The notes under the pieces: generated by a model | Database searches by the model: none | What the model saw: only the letters and a program-made list of their open reading frames with translations | Told to the model about the DNA's origin: nothing | Assembly (NCBI GenBank): GCA_002269645.1 | Contig: NIVC01001759.1 | Coordinates: forward strand, 1 to 64,000 | Reading direction: 5' to 3' | DNA: 64,000 bases | Origin: Macrostomum lignano | Taxonomy: Eukaryota | Shown here: piece after piece, positions 35,148-47,461 of the stretch | Layout: the number at the start of each line of letters is the position of its first letter | Position numbering within the stretch: position 1 is the first letter of the stretch | Program-made: the position numbers and the translations under genes

Positions 35148-36142
35148 CATGGGGTCGGCAAACTCCGGCCCGCGAACCCTCTCCATCAGGCCCTCGAGTC
35201 CTTTGAGGCTTCACAACTGCCTGCTCAAAATGTTTCTCTTCTCAGCTCCCTTCTCTCTTCTCTTCTCTTCTCTCTTCTCTCTTCTCTTCTCTCTTCTTTA
35301 TTCTCTTCTCTCTTCTCTTCTCTCTTCTCTTCTCTCTTATCTCTTATCTCTTATCTTCTCTCTTCTCTTCTCTCTTCTCTCTTCTCTCTTATCTTCTCTC
35401 TTCTCTGTTCTCTCTTCTCTTCTCTTCTCTCTTCTCTCTTCTCTTCTCTTCTCTCTTCTCTCTTCTCTTCTCTTCTCTCTTCTCTTCTCTCTTCTCTCTT
35501 CTTTCTCTCTTCTCTTCTCTTCTCTCTTCTCTCTTCTCTTCTCTCTTCTTTATTCTCTTCTCTCTTCTCTTCTCTCTTCTCTCTTCTCTCTTATCTTCTC
35601 TCTTCTCTCTTCTCTTCTCTTCTCTTCTCTCTTCTCTTCTCTTCTCTTCTCTCTTCTCTCTTCTCTTCTCTTCTCTCTTCTCTCTTCTCTTCTCTTCTCT
35701 CTTCTCTTCTCTCTTCTCTCTTCTTTCTCTCTTCTCTTCTCTTCTCTCTTCTCTTCTCTCTTATCTCTTATCTTCTCTCTTCTCTTCTCTTCTCTCTTCT
35801 CTTCTCTCTTATCTCTTATCTCTTATCTTCTCTCTTCTCTTCTCTCTTCTCTCTTCTCTTCTCTCTTCTCTCTTCTCTCCTATCTTCTCTCTTCTCTCTT
35901 CTCTTCTCTTCTCTCTTCTCTTCTCTCTTCTCTCTTCTCTTCTCTTCTCTCTTCTCTTCTCTCTTCTTTCTCTCTTCTCTTCTCTCTCCTCTCTTCTCTC
36001 TTCTCTTTTCTCGATTCTCATCTCCATCTCCTTTTTTCTCTTCTCTCCCCTCTATTCCCTCTCCTTTCCTTTCTAATCTGGCCAGCAGTCATGAACCGGA
36101 TTGTTTATCTGGCCCTGCAGGCAAAAGTGTTACCGACCCCTG
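35148..36142 (+). mobile_element. hAT-Charlie-like MITE, family B copy 2, with ~830-bp internal (TCTCT)-type expansion
   Basis: Ends CATGGGGTCGGCAAACTCCGGCCCGCG and AAAAGTGTTACCGACCCCTG. TSD GTCTTAAT/GTCTAAAT (7/8 match). Confidence 0.85.
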
Positions 36143-36167
36143 GTCTAAATACAAAAATGAAAACTAA

Positions 36168-39100
36168 TCACTGGCTCGATTGTCTGCTAATATGTTCAAC
36201 TTGTCGACTGGGCTTTGATCTTGTCGGCGTGGGATGCAGAGCGGCAATTTGCATCTGCTGCTGCCGCTGCCACAGAGCCGGCCAGACGGGCAGCCCGTCG
36301 ATGCTGCTGGCCGTTGAAGAGCCCGACGAGCTGGCGCTGCGACTGCGACCAATCGGAATGCGGTTGCCTCCTGGCAACGGTCTGCGTCGCGGCGTCTCTA
36401 TCGCCATGACGACCGGCCTTGACCCAACCTCCGTCTCATCCTCCTGCTGCTCCTGCTCAAGTTCCTGCTCTTCGTCGACTATCCCGACTGTGAAAATCGA
36501 CTGAATGGTGATCACCGTCTCCAGGCGAGCTCCGTCATCATCCCAATCCTCATCGGGATCCTCGAACTTGTTGACTGAAGTGGCGGAGGTCCAGATTGTT
36601 GGAGGCTCCAACACTGTCGGGCCGCCCGTCGGTTCCGAACCGGCGACTCTGTCGGCTTCCAGGCGGCACTCGACCGACTGACAGTCGATGGCCAAAATTG
36701 GCAGCGAGTTAGCGAGTCCTCCGAGAGCGCAAACTTCTGGCGCTTCGAATGGCGCCGCGAAAAAGGCGCCGACGCTGTCGCTGGAGTCGAACAGCTCCGC
36801 CTGGAACGACGCTGATACAGCTGCCGCAGGCGTCGACGTTGCCAACGTGACCGGGGACAGCGTCGGCCGCAGCCAGCCAGTCGACTGCCGAGCTTGCAGC
36901 CAATGCCGCACGGGCCGCTCCGGCCAGAGGGCGCCGCCACCTGGCGCCGGCTGATCCGCTGCGGTGGCCAGGGCGCGCTCTGTCGCCGGCAGTTGAAGGC
37001 TCGAGCCCGGCTGGCGGACGTCGCCGATGCTGGCGGCGCCGGTTCCGTTAGCGCGCCACGGCGTCGGCGCTGATCGGGCGGCCCGGCCGGCCGACACGCC
37101 AACCGACCGGGTGCCAACTGTCGGCTGTGTCGATGCGTTCAGCCGAATGGCCGGCGCCGGCGCCAGGTCCAGCTTGGCCGCGGCCGAGAGGTGACTGCCG
37201 CTGGCCCCTGGCAGCCGGGGCGGCGGCTCCGGCAGGTGGCTCAGCGGGCAGCAGTGACTGCGTGACGGGCGCACCCCCGCGTGCACGGACCAGATGGCTG
37301 GCACGTCTACAACGCAGCGGTTCGTCAGCGGGCTCGGCGTGGCCAGCGGCAACTGCGGCACTCGGACAACGACGGCCGACTGTGGCGCTGCATCCAGGCG
37401 GCGCAGCACGAAACGGCAGCGGGCGAGGCGCATCAGCGGCCGCGGCCGGTGCACCATGGAGGCGATCAGAACCGGCGCCACGGCGGGCACAGCGGCTGTC
37501 GCGAACTCGACGCCCGAGACTACAGCAGCCGCCGACGCTTCTGCAGCCGACAGTGCCAGCAGAGTGACGGGCAGCTTCAGTGCGGCGCCAGAATCGGCAG
37601 CCATTGTGGAGCAGTCAAGCAGGCTGGGGCCGACCGTGGCAACCGTTGCCAGGGTGGCGGAGGCCTCGGCTCGGCCTGCCGACAGCTCGCTGGCGAAAGC
37701 GGCCGAAGGCGCTGTCAGGGCCAGAATTTTTGCCCGCCTGCCGCTCGAGGCCGCTGAGCAGCAGCAACTGACTCGGCCGGCCGGGGCCAGTCGAATTTCC
37801 ACCGAATCGCCCTCGGTCGCCTCCGAGTAGCTGGCGCTGATGCGGACTAAGCGGCTGCCGAATCCTGCGCTGATGCACCCGGCGGCCTCCTCTGTTTGCT
37901 GCTGCGTTGAACTCGTCGGCGCGGCCGTCTCCGCCAATGTCCTGACTTCGAGTTCGACAGCCGCGGACAGCTTGGAGTGCTGAGGGGCTTCGCTGATTCG
38001 CTCCAGCCTGTACGGAAAGCAGCGTTGCTGCTGCTGCTGCACCTGCCGGCCCGAGCTTCTGCTGGAGCCGCTTGCAGTTTTCCGCGTCGCTACGGTCGGA
38101 TTCGGTGGAGCGGCGCTGATGGAAGCTGTCTCCGTGTCCGACGGCAGGCTTTCGAGCTCGTCAGACAGGCTGCAGTTGCCAACGTCAAGCACGTGCGCGG
38201 CCAGAGCCGAGCGCCGCTGCTGCTTCAGGCTCTGTGCTGCGTGCTTCTCCTGGCTCTTCTTGGCCAGGCGGCTCAGCTGGCCGCGGATCGAGCGAACGAA
38301 TGCCGCCCGCGCGATGCCCAGCAGCCGCCAGTTATCGTAGACGCCGTTGCTTCCTCGGTTCCCGCCGCCGAAGTCTCCCGGCTCGTCGGGTACAGCAGCC
38401 AGCAGTATGCCCGTCATAGCGTTCGACGCCCTGCGCGAGTCCGGATCGGCCACGGTGTCCACGACGCAGTCGAAGAAGCTGTCGGCGACTCGACCGGCGT
38501 CCAGTCGACGCTGCTGCTGTTGCAGCTGCTTCCGCTCGCCCTGGTTGGTGGCCGCCAGCCGGTCCAGGGTCTGGTTGAAGCGGCCAACAGCTTTGACAAT
38601 GCGGCACTCGAATTGGGACTTGGAGTGGCTGGACTTGTACAGCACCTGCACAAGCCGCTCGCACACCAATTCGACGAGGGTCTCCAGGCAGACCTCCTCC
38701 ACCGCGGCGGAGGTCCAGACTTCGTAGAGGCGGTCCAGAGCTTCGGCGATGGGCCGGCTAAGCCACTCCGCCTTGGCCATCTGGCAGCCTTCGTAGTCGA
38801 GATCCAGATCGCAGAATGTCGTATCGTTGTTGTGGTCGACCCGGCTGCTCCAGTGGTTGTTGTTGCTGTTCCTGTTGTTGCCGGGCCCGCGGGTCTTCTG
38901 GCTGACGGCTGCCAGGCAGCAGGCGGCGGCCTGAGCTCGCACGGTCGTCTCGATGAGCTGCTCGGCGATGAGCCCGGCCGGCTGCCTGCGCAGCTCGGCG
39001 TTCACCTCAACGATGACCGCTTCGAAGAACATCTCTTCGACGACGAATTGATAGTTGTCCTGGGCGATATCGTCCAGGCAGTCCAGCGCCACCTCCAGGC

Positions 39101-39236
39101 AGCTGAACTCCTCCAGGCTGGCCAGGCTCTCCTGCGAGGCCGACCAGCAGGCCGAGGCTGCCGTGGCCCCGACGCTGTCCAGCTCTCTGAATAAGCGGCA
39201 TGCTGACGACTTCGATGCTGACAGGCTGTTCAACAT
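36168..39236 (-). CDS. Intronless 1022-aa protein of unknown function (helical-looking N-terminal third, low-complexity remainder)
   Basis: 3069-nt non-repetitive GC-rich ORF with an in-frame stop upstream of ATG 39236 and an acceptor-like cttattcAG at 39343-39344. No domain recognised. Confidence 0.75.
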   Translation of the reverse strand: MLNSLSASKSSACRLFRELDSVGATAASACWSASQESLASLEEFSCLEVALDCLDDIAQDNYQFVVEEMFFEAVIVEVNAELRRQPAGLIAEQLIETTVRAQAAACCLAAVSQKTRGPGNNRNSNNNHWSSRVDHNNDTTFCDLDLDYEGCQMAKAEWLSRPIAEALDRLYEVWTSAAVEEVCLETLVELVCERLVQVLYKSSHSKSQFECRIVKAVGRFNQTLDRLAATNQGERKQLQQQQRRLDAGRVADSFFDCVVDTVADPDSRRASNAMTGILLAAVPDEPGDFGGGNRGSNGVYDNWRLLGIARAAFVRSIRGQLSRLAKKSQEKHAAQSLKQQRRSALAAHVLDVGNCSLSDELESLPSDTETASISAAPPNPTVATRKTASGSSRSSGRQVQQQQQRCFPYRLERISEAPQHSKLSAAVELEVRTLAETAAPTSSTQQQTEEAAGCISAGFGSRLVRISASYSEATEGDSVEIRLAPAGRVSCCCSAASSGRRAKILALTAPSAAFASELSAGRAEASATLATVATVGPSLLDCSTMAADSGAALKLPVTLLALSAAEASAAAVVSGVEFATAAVPAVAPVLIASMVHRPRPLMRLARCRFVLRRLDAAPQSAVVVRVPQLPLATPSPLTNRCVVDVPAIWSVHAGVRPSRSHCCPLSHLPEPPPRLPGASGSHLSAAAKLDLAPAPAIRLNASTQPTVGTRSVGVSAGRAARSAPTPWRANGTGAASIGDVRQPGSSLQLPATERALATAADQPAPGGGALWPERPVRHWLQARQSTGWLRPTLSPVTLATSTPAAAVSASFQAELFDSSDSVGAFFAAPFEAPEVCALGGLANSLPILAIDCQSVECRLEADRVAGSEPTGGPTVLEPPTIWTSATSVNKFEDPDEDWDDDGARLETVITIQSIFTVGIVDEEQELEQEQQEDETEVGSRPVVMAIETPRRRPLPGGNRIPIGRSRSASSSGSSTASSIDGLPVWPALWQRQQQMQIAALHPTPTRSKPSRQVEHISRQSSQ

Positions 39237-39439
39237 TTTCAGCGCGCTCTGCCGTTGGATCCGTCTGGCGCTGGCTCACTCGCAGAGAGCAGTTTCTATC
39301 GATTAATAAGCTGCGGTTGCGCGAACTGGCGTTCTCAACCAGCTGAATAAGATTGATGAGCCATTTGGTCTGTGGCCAAAAGGGGGACTTGCCATTCATT
39401 GCTTTGCGTACTCGTGATTACCAGCTGACTGGCTCCAAT

Positions 39440-40460
39440 GCAGACACACTGATTAGGGACTGGCATCAAATCAGACACAAACTGATTAGGGACTGGCATC
39501 AAATCAGACACAAACTGATTAGGGACTGGCATCAAATCAGACACACACTGATTAGGGACTGGCATCAAATCAGACACACACTGATTAGGGACTGGCATCA
39601 AATCAGACACACACTGATTAGGGACTGGCATCAAATCAGACACACACTGATTAGGGACTGGCATCAAATCAGACACACACTGATTAGGGACTGGCATCAA
39701 ATCAGACACACTGATTAGGGACTGGCATCAAATCAGACACACACTGATTAGGGACTGGCATCAAATCAGACACACACTGATTAGGGACTGGCATCAAATC
39801 AGACACACTGATTAGGGACTGGCATCAAATCAGACACACTGATTAGGGACTGGCATCAGTGCAGACACACTCTGATTAGGGACTGGCATCAGTGCAGACA
39901 CACTGATTAGGGACTGGCATCAAATGAGACACACTGATTAGGGACTGGCATCAAATGAGACACACTGATTAGGGACTGGCATCAATGCAGACACACTGAT
40001 TAGGGACTGGCATCAAATCAGACACACACTGATTAGGGACTGGCATCAGTGCAGACACACTGATTAGGGACTGGCATCAAATCAGACACACACTGATTAG
40101 GGACTGGCATCAATGCAGACACTCTGATTAGGGACTGGCATCAAATCAGACACACACTGATTAGGGACTGGCATCAAATCAGACACACTGATTAGGGACT
40201 GGCATCAAATCAGACACACACTGATTAGGGACTGGCATCAATGCAGACACACTGATTAGGGACTGGCATCAAATGAGACACACTGATTAGGGACTGGCAT
40301 CAAATGAGACACACTGATTAGGGACTGGCATCAGTGCAGACACACTCTGATTAGGGACTGGCATCAGTGCAGACACACTGATTAGGGACTGGCATCAAAT
40401 GAGACACACTGATTAGGGACTGGCATCAAATGAGACACACTGATTAGGGACTGGCATTAG
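39440..40460 (+). repeat. 30/32-nt minisatellite (CACACTGATTAGGGACTGGCATCAAATCAGA)
   Basis: Direct reading. Confidence 0.95.
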
Positions 40461-40839
40461 TGCATCATAACAAATTGATACCTGAAATATGCCAAAATCG
40501 AAAATATGATATAAATGCGATGCCTTAAAATTCGCAGTTGCCTACTTTAAGGAGTATTTAACTTTACTTGCATCTTCGCTTTGCCGGGTTATTTAAAATA
40601 TCAATTTAGTTGGCAACAATAAAATTCAATTCAAGCGTAAAATAACTGCCAATTTGTCGTCAATGTAATGGGCGAGGGGGGTTCGTCGCCCAGTTGTCAG
40701 GGCGAATTACAGAGTCTTGAGCCTCGCGCTGCGGTTCCGGTGGCTTTCGGAATAAGCCTTAAATATCTAATAGGTATAGAATACAGAAATTAACTTTAGA
40801 CCTCTTTACAAATGTATTCAAGCCTTTAATTAGGCCTAA

Positions 40840-42300
40840 CAAGTCAAGCGCATGAAATGCAGACTGGCATGGGATCCGCTCTAAACCTGTTTGGCAACAG
40901 TTCTGTGTTCACTCCCTGTGTTGAAAACTTTATAAGAAATAAATTATAATGCATTCTGTCATAGGGTTCCGCCACTCCAAGACTGACTGTCGTGTAGTTT
41001 ATTTCCATGGGAGCACTGAGGCGTGTGATGCTTTGATCACGGACGTTACAAGTCGGCGTTAAGCCATGGGGATGTTCTTGAAAACACCAATTTCGCTTCA
41101 GAATAAATTTAGCAAGATACGAGCCGTAGAAAGGATTCACAAAATCTTTCACTTTCTTCTTTCTTGAACCTCTGATCAGGGAAATACCGTGGGGAGACAC
41201 TCCAGATATACAGGATGGACAAGATGGAGATACCCGGGGGAGAGACAGGATGGACAAGATGGAGATACCCGGGGGAGAGACAGGATGGACAAGATGGGGA
41301 TGCTGGGGAGAGACAGGATGGACAAGATGGAGATACCGGGGGAGAGACAGGGTGGACAAGATGGGGATGCTGGGGGAGAGACAGGGTGGACAAGATGGAG
41401 ATACCGGGGGAGAGACAGGGTGGACAAGATGGGGATGCTGGGGAGAGACAGGATGGACAAGATGGAGATACCGGGGGAGAGACAGGGTGGACAAGATGGG
41501 GATGCTGGGGAGAGACAGGACGGAGATACTGGGGGGGAAGCACTCCAGAGAGACAGGATGGACAAGATGGAGATACCCGGGGGAGAGACAGGGTGGACAA
41601 GATGGGGATGCTGGGGAGAGACAGGACGGAGATACTGGGGGGGAAGCACTCCAGAGAGACAGGATGGACAAGATGGAGATACCGGGGGAGAGACAGGGTG
41701 GACAAGATGGGGATGCTGGGGAGAGACAGGACGGAGATACTGGGGGGGAAGCACTCCAGAGAGACAGGATGGACAAGATGGAGATATCGGGGGAGAGACA
41801 GGGTGGACAAGATGGGGATGCTGGGGAGAGACAGGATGGACAAGATGGAGATACCGGGGGAGAGACAGGGTGGACAAGATGGGGATGCTGGGGAGAGACA
41901 GGACGGAGATACTGGGGGGGAAGCACTCCAGAGAGACAGGATGGACAAGATGGAGATACCCGGGGGAGAGACAGGACGGAGATACTGGGGGGAAGCACTC
42001 CAGAGAGACCGGATGAAGAACCTCAAGAGATTTTCTGCTTGCTTCAGGGAAGCTGGAACTCCAACGCAGGACCCGGAGCTCACACAGGGAGGCAACGGAG
42101 CCAAGCGATGCGGAATGACTTCTTCCGTCGGTCCGAGAAATGGAAGGCTCGCTGGCAGATTTGGTTTTTTGTGTTTGATTGGCACGACGCTGGCTGGATG
42201 GAGTGGGCAGCAGGGCTGGGGAGACGGCATGGGTTTTGGGGAGCTCAGATTCTTCTTAAAACTCTTCGCTGAGCTGATAATTGGGGATTTGGAGTGCGGC
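40840..42300 (-). mobile_element. Degenerate non-LTR retrotransposon (LINE) reverse-transcriptase fragment
   Basis: Minus-strand translations ASVVPIKHKK (cf. conserved A-x-V-V-P-I-H-K-K), YLAKFILKRNWCFQE (cf. L..NQFGFR) and VSLGVAEPYDRMHYNLFLIKFSTQGV (cf. VFLDISKAFDRVWH..LL.KL...GI) appear in the expected order. The catalytic-region Asp is lost. Alignment by eye only. Confidence 0.55.
41185..42010 (+). repeat. Modular minisatellite (GGGGAGAGACAGGATGGACAAGATGGAGATACC family) inside the LINE remnant
   Basis: Direct reading. Confidence 0.95.
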
Positions 42301-42559
42301 TGAGTTGCAAGGCAATGGAGGGCTTAAGTCGGAGGAATTGATGCTTGAATGCCTGCTTGAGCTGGGTCGCTCATGGCAACAGTGTTGGACTGGCAGGGAG
42401 AAATTCTTCTCCAACCGACCGCTTGTTCTTTCCTTCCTGCAGGGGAGATCAAAAGGATTGCCAGCCTAAATTCCCATATACGCATGGGTGGAGAAAAGAG
42501 GGAGGCCTATCTTGCTTAAAAATAACCATGTTGCTAGACCATTCAATGTATTGCTATTG

Positions 42560-44110
<1,551 letters not shown>

Positions 44111-44559
44111 TCTGTGTTGAAGGCTGATTGGCCAGAAGGAGGGCAACAGCAGGGAGAGGGTGAGCAGCCGTCCCCGCTGAGTCCCTCCGCCCCCAGCAGG
44201 CAGCGGCCGGGCTCAGCCAACAGGATTTCAGGGCCCTGCCCGAGCTCACAGTCGGTTGGCTGCTCAGAGTGCTGAGCGGTGCCGGCGCAGGGGTTGGCCG
44301 AGCCCGTAGCCCACAATGAGACTCCGGGCGATGTCAAATTCAATCAAAAGCGGCAAAAATCAATTCAGACTGAAGCTCCGACATTCTTGTTTGAGTTTTT
44401 TTACAGTTTAGTTGACTCGGTCTGGAACTTCTTGGCAGCACAGTCCAGCTGTTCTCATTAGTAGTAATAGTCCTTGAGCAGCGCATTAAGGTACAGGTTG
44501 GCAGTTCGTTTATTGCGAAACTTGCCAGCCTCCGCCACTAAAGCTGTCTTCCCTGCTAA

Positions 44560-44624
44560 ATGGTTGACGACTGGGTCATCAAGACAATGTACGCCACCAA
44601 GAGGCGCAGACGCATCAGCAAGAA
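44560..44624 (+). CDS. AHR: AHR/spineless orthologue, coding exon 1
   Basis: ATG 44560 (in-frame stop immediately upstream) or ATG 44587 gives MYATKRRRRISK, matching the basic N-terminal motif of spineless (YATKRRRR). Phase-2 donor AA|GTGAGT matches the phase-2 acceptor at 59168. Confidence 0.8.
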
Positions 44625-44734
44625 GTGAGTGTCCTTTGCCGCTTGTTCCTCGGAGTGCCTTTTTTATCTCGATAGGTGCCATTTTTCCAAATGGGTGCCA
44701 TGCCATTCTTATCCTAAGGAGTGCCATTTTTCAT

Positions 44735-45300
44735 TTCTATACAGATAGGTGCCATTTCTATCCCGATAGGTGCCATTTCTATCCCGATAGGGGCCATTTC
44801 TATCCCGATAGGAGCCATTTCTATCCCGATAGGTGCCATTTCTATCCCGATAGGTGCCATTTCAATTCCGATAGGTGCCATTTCTATCCCGATAGGTGCC
44901 ATTTCAATTCCGATAGGTGCCATTTCTATCCCGATAGGTGCCATTTCTATCCCGATAGGAGCCATTTCTATCCCGATAGGTGCCATTTCAATTCCGATAG
45001 GTGCCATTTCTATCCCGATAGGTGCCATTTCTATCCCGATAGCTGCCATTTCAATTCCGATAGGTGCCATTTCTATCCCGATAGGTGCCATTTCTATCCC
45101 GATAGGAGCCATTTCTATCCCGATAGGTGCCATTTCTATCCTTATAAGTGTCATTTCTATCCCGAAAAGTGCTCCCGATGATTTGTATTCCGATAGGTGT
45201 CGTTTCTATCTTGATAGGTGACATTTCTATCCCGATAGACGCCATTTCAATCCCGATAGGTGCCATTTCTATTCTTGGAGTGCTATTTCTATCCCGATTC
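44735..45300 (+). repeat. 21-nt minisatellite (GATAGGTGCCATTTCTATCCC)
   Basis: Direct reading; AHR intron 1. Confidence 0.95.
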
Positions 45301-46064
45301 GATGCAAAATCTTCAGTCGGGTGGGCAAACCTCGGTAATTCGATTAGGAATCAGCGGCTCCAGTCGAGTGTTCAGGCACTGCATGCAATATTTTCCCGAA
45401 TTTCATCTCACCGAGGCCTAGCGGTTCGGTTTCTCAAAAATCGAAAATTGAATACAAAATCGCAATAGGAAGACTTGGGTGAATATTGAATGCACCACCT
45501 TACCTGCCTGGAACTTCTGTAGCCTGCCTGCTTGTCTCTAAGCAAAAATAAATCTGTTTTGATTTGCTGATCAAAGATCGCCTGATCGGCAGCTCATTCG
45601 TGCGTTAATCCCCTCTGCGCAGCGGGGCGCCCGGGCGCCAGGAGGGTTGGATATTGCTTTTTCATTCAGCTGAGATGCTGCGCAAGTTCGGGTTTCCAGC
45701 CTCCGCTGCCTCCTTTGATGATGCGCTGCGCAGGCCTCCTGAGGATGCTGGCGAAGGGGAAGTTGTTTTTAATCTCCTTCATCACCTGTGGAAATTATTT
45801 TTCGGAAGGGAGGGGTTGAGACTGGAGGTTGATTCGACTCGCGAATGATGATGAAATCAAATTGGAAAAATCGGATCTCCCAAGAGAATCGAGCCCGCGA
45901 CCTGTCTGCCCGCTGCAGTCCATGTGCATCGTGAGTGCGACTTGCGAATGCTGAGAATCTTACATTTTCAGGAGCTGCAGTGCGGCCTCTGTACTCTCGC
46001 TAGGTAGAAGTTTCCTATTCTCTGTTCTATACCAAACTTTTTCATAACTGTAAGAATTTGGAGG

Positions 46065-46480
46065 CTAGGAGCTAAGGAGTTTATGGGTTTAGGTGGTTAG
46101 GAGCTTAGGAGTTTAGGAGTTTAGGAGTTTAGGAGCTTAGGCGTTTAGGAGTTTAGGAGTTTAAGAGTTTAACAGTTTAAGAGGAGTTTAGGAGTTTAGG
46201 AGTTTAGGAGTTTAGTAGTTTAGGAGTTTAGGAGCTTAGGAGTTTAGGAGTTTAGGAGTTTAGGAGTTTAGGAGGTTAGGAGCTTAGGAGTTTAGGAGTT
46301 TAGGAGTTTAGGAGCTTAGGCGTTTAGGAGTTTAGTAGTTTAGCAGTTTAACAGTTTAAGACGAGTTTAGGAGTTTAGTAGTTTAGGAGTTTAGTAGTTT
46401 AGGAGTTTAGCAGTTTCAGAAGTTTATGAGTTTAGGTGTTTAGGAGTTTAGGCGTTTAGGAGTTTATGAGCTTAATAGTT
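46065..46480 (+). repeat. (TTAGGAGT)n 8-nt repeat
   Basis: Direct reading. Confidence 0.95.
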
Positions 46481-47461
46481 TCGGAGCTGCTCGTCAGGAC
46501 TCAGATTCCATGATGGTTAGAAAGCACAGCACGGTATCAGAATCTGTGCGTCAGAGACTCGCAGTCAGCTCAATCAAAGCTGACAGGCTGTAACCTGGAC
46601 GAGCAGGCCGGTGCGGACGGCTCGGACAGCTCGGACATGCGTGTCTGCGGTTTATCTTGATGGTGGAACAAAAAAACTCTACTATATTGTCTATATTGGC
46701 TAAAATATCCTTTCTCTTTCAAAATCTCCGCAATGCAGACAGATTACTCGTGATGGCGGGGGAGACAGGCGCGGGTCACGTGTGAGCATTGGCTCTACGA
46801 TCTGTGCGCACCGGAGCGAGGGCGTAGATCACCTGTCTGTCTCCCTCTCTCGGATCAATTCCTGCATATATCGCGACTATGATATTAAATGATGATGAGA
46901 TTCCTTAAGCCTCAGGTGGTGTCCGTTGGTTACCTGGCGGATTTGAGATGCTTATCTATATAGTGTGGAGCAATCATGGCCGATCGAGGACAAGAGTTAG
47001 CGGACCATCCCGCCTTAATACCGAGGCCCTTGATGGCGAGTCTCTATCAAGATAATTTACTAGATATTCGAATTTGGAGTTTGAAAACAGTTGCCGCATT
47101 TTAAGTCGGTTCCTTTAAAAATTTCGATGCACGCAACGCTTTGGAGTTGACTCGAGAGAAATTGCGCAACTTCTCTATGGAAGAGCATTTAATTTTAGCA
47201 ATCATCGTTTAGAGCACTCCAATCTGTATATCTGTTTCCCATCTATATAATAGTCCTAACAATGTTGTCTGCCTCATTATTTCGCAATTTTCCTTTCCAA
47301 TAATAGGAGAACGTTAGCTCTCTGTTGCGCAAAAAGTTGAGTGCAAGGGGGGTGGGTGGCTCTGGGTTGGTCTGACAGCCCTCCGCCCACCAGCGAACCT
47401 TCACTTTGCTGTTAGTTTTGCTTGTTGTCGGCTGAACTGAGTGAAACTTCTGCAGGGTGAG

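Noticed and set aside
37977-39194. 405-aa plus-strand ORF and other overlapping ORFs at 36-39 kb
   Set aside because: Antisense shadows of the GC-rich 1022-aa minus-strand ORF.
8187-40460. CRISPR-like appearance of the 30-38 nt arrays (8.2, 28.0 and 39.4 kb)
   Set aside because: Units are contiguous with no unique spacers, there are no cas genes, and the context is eukaryotic.
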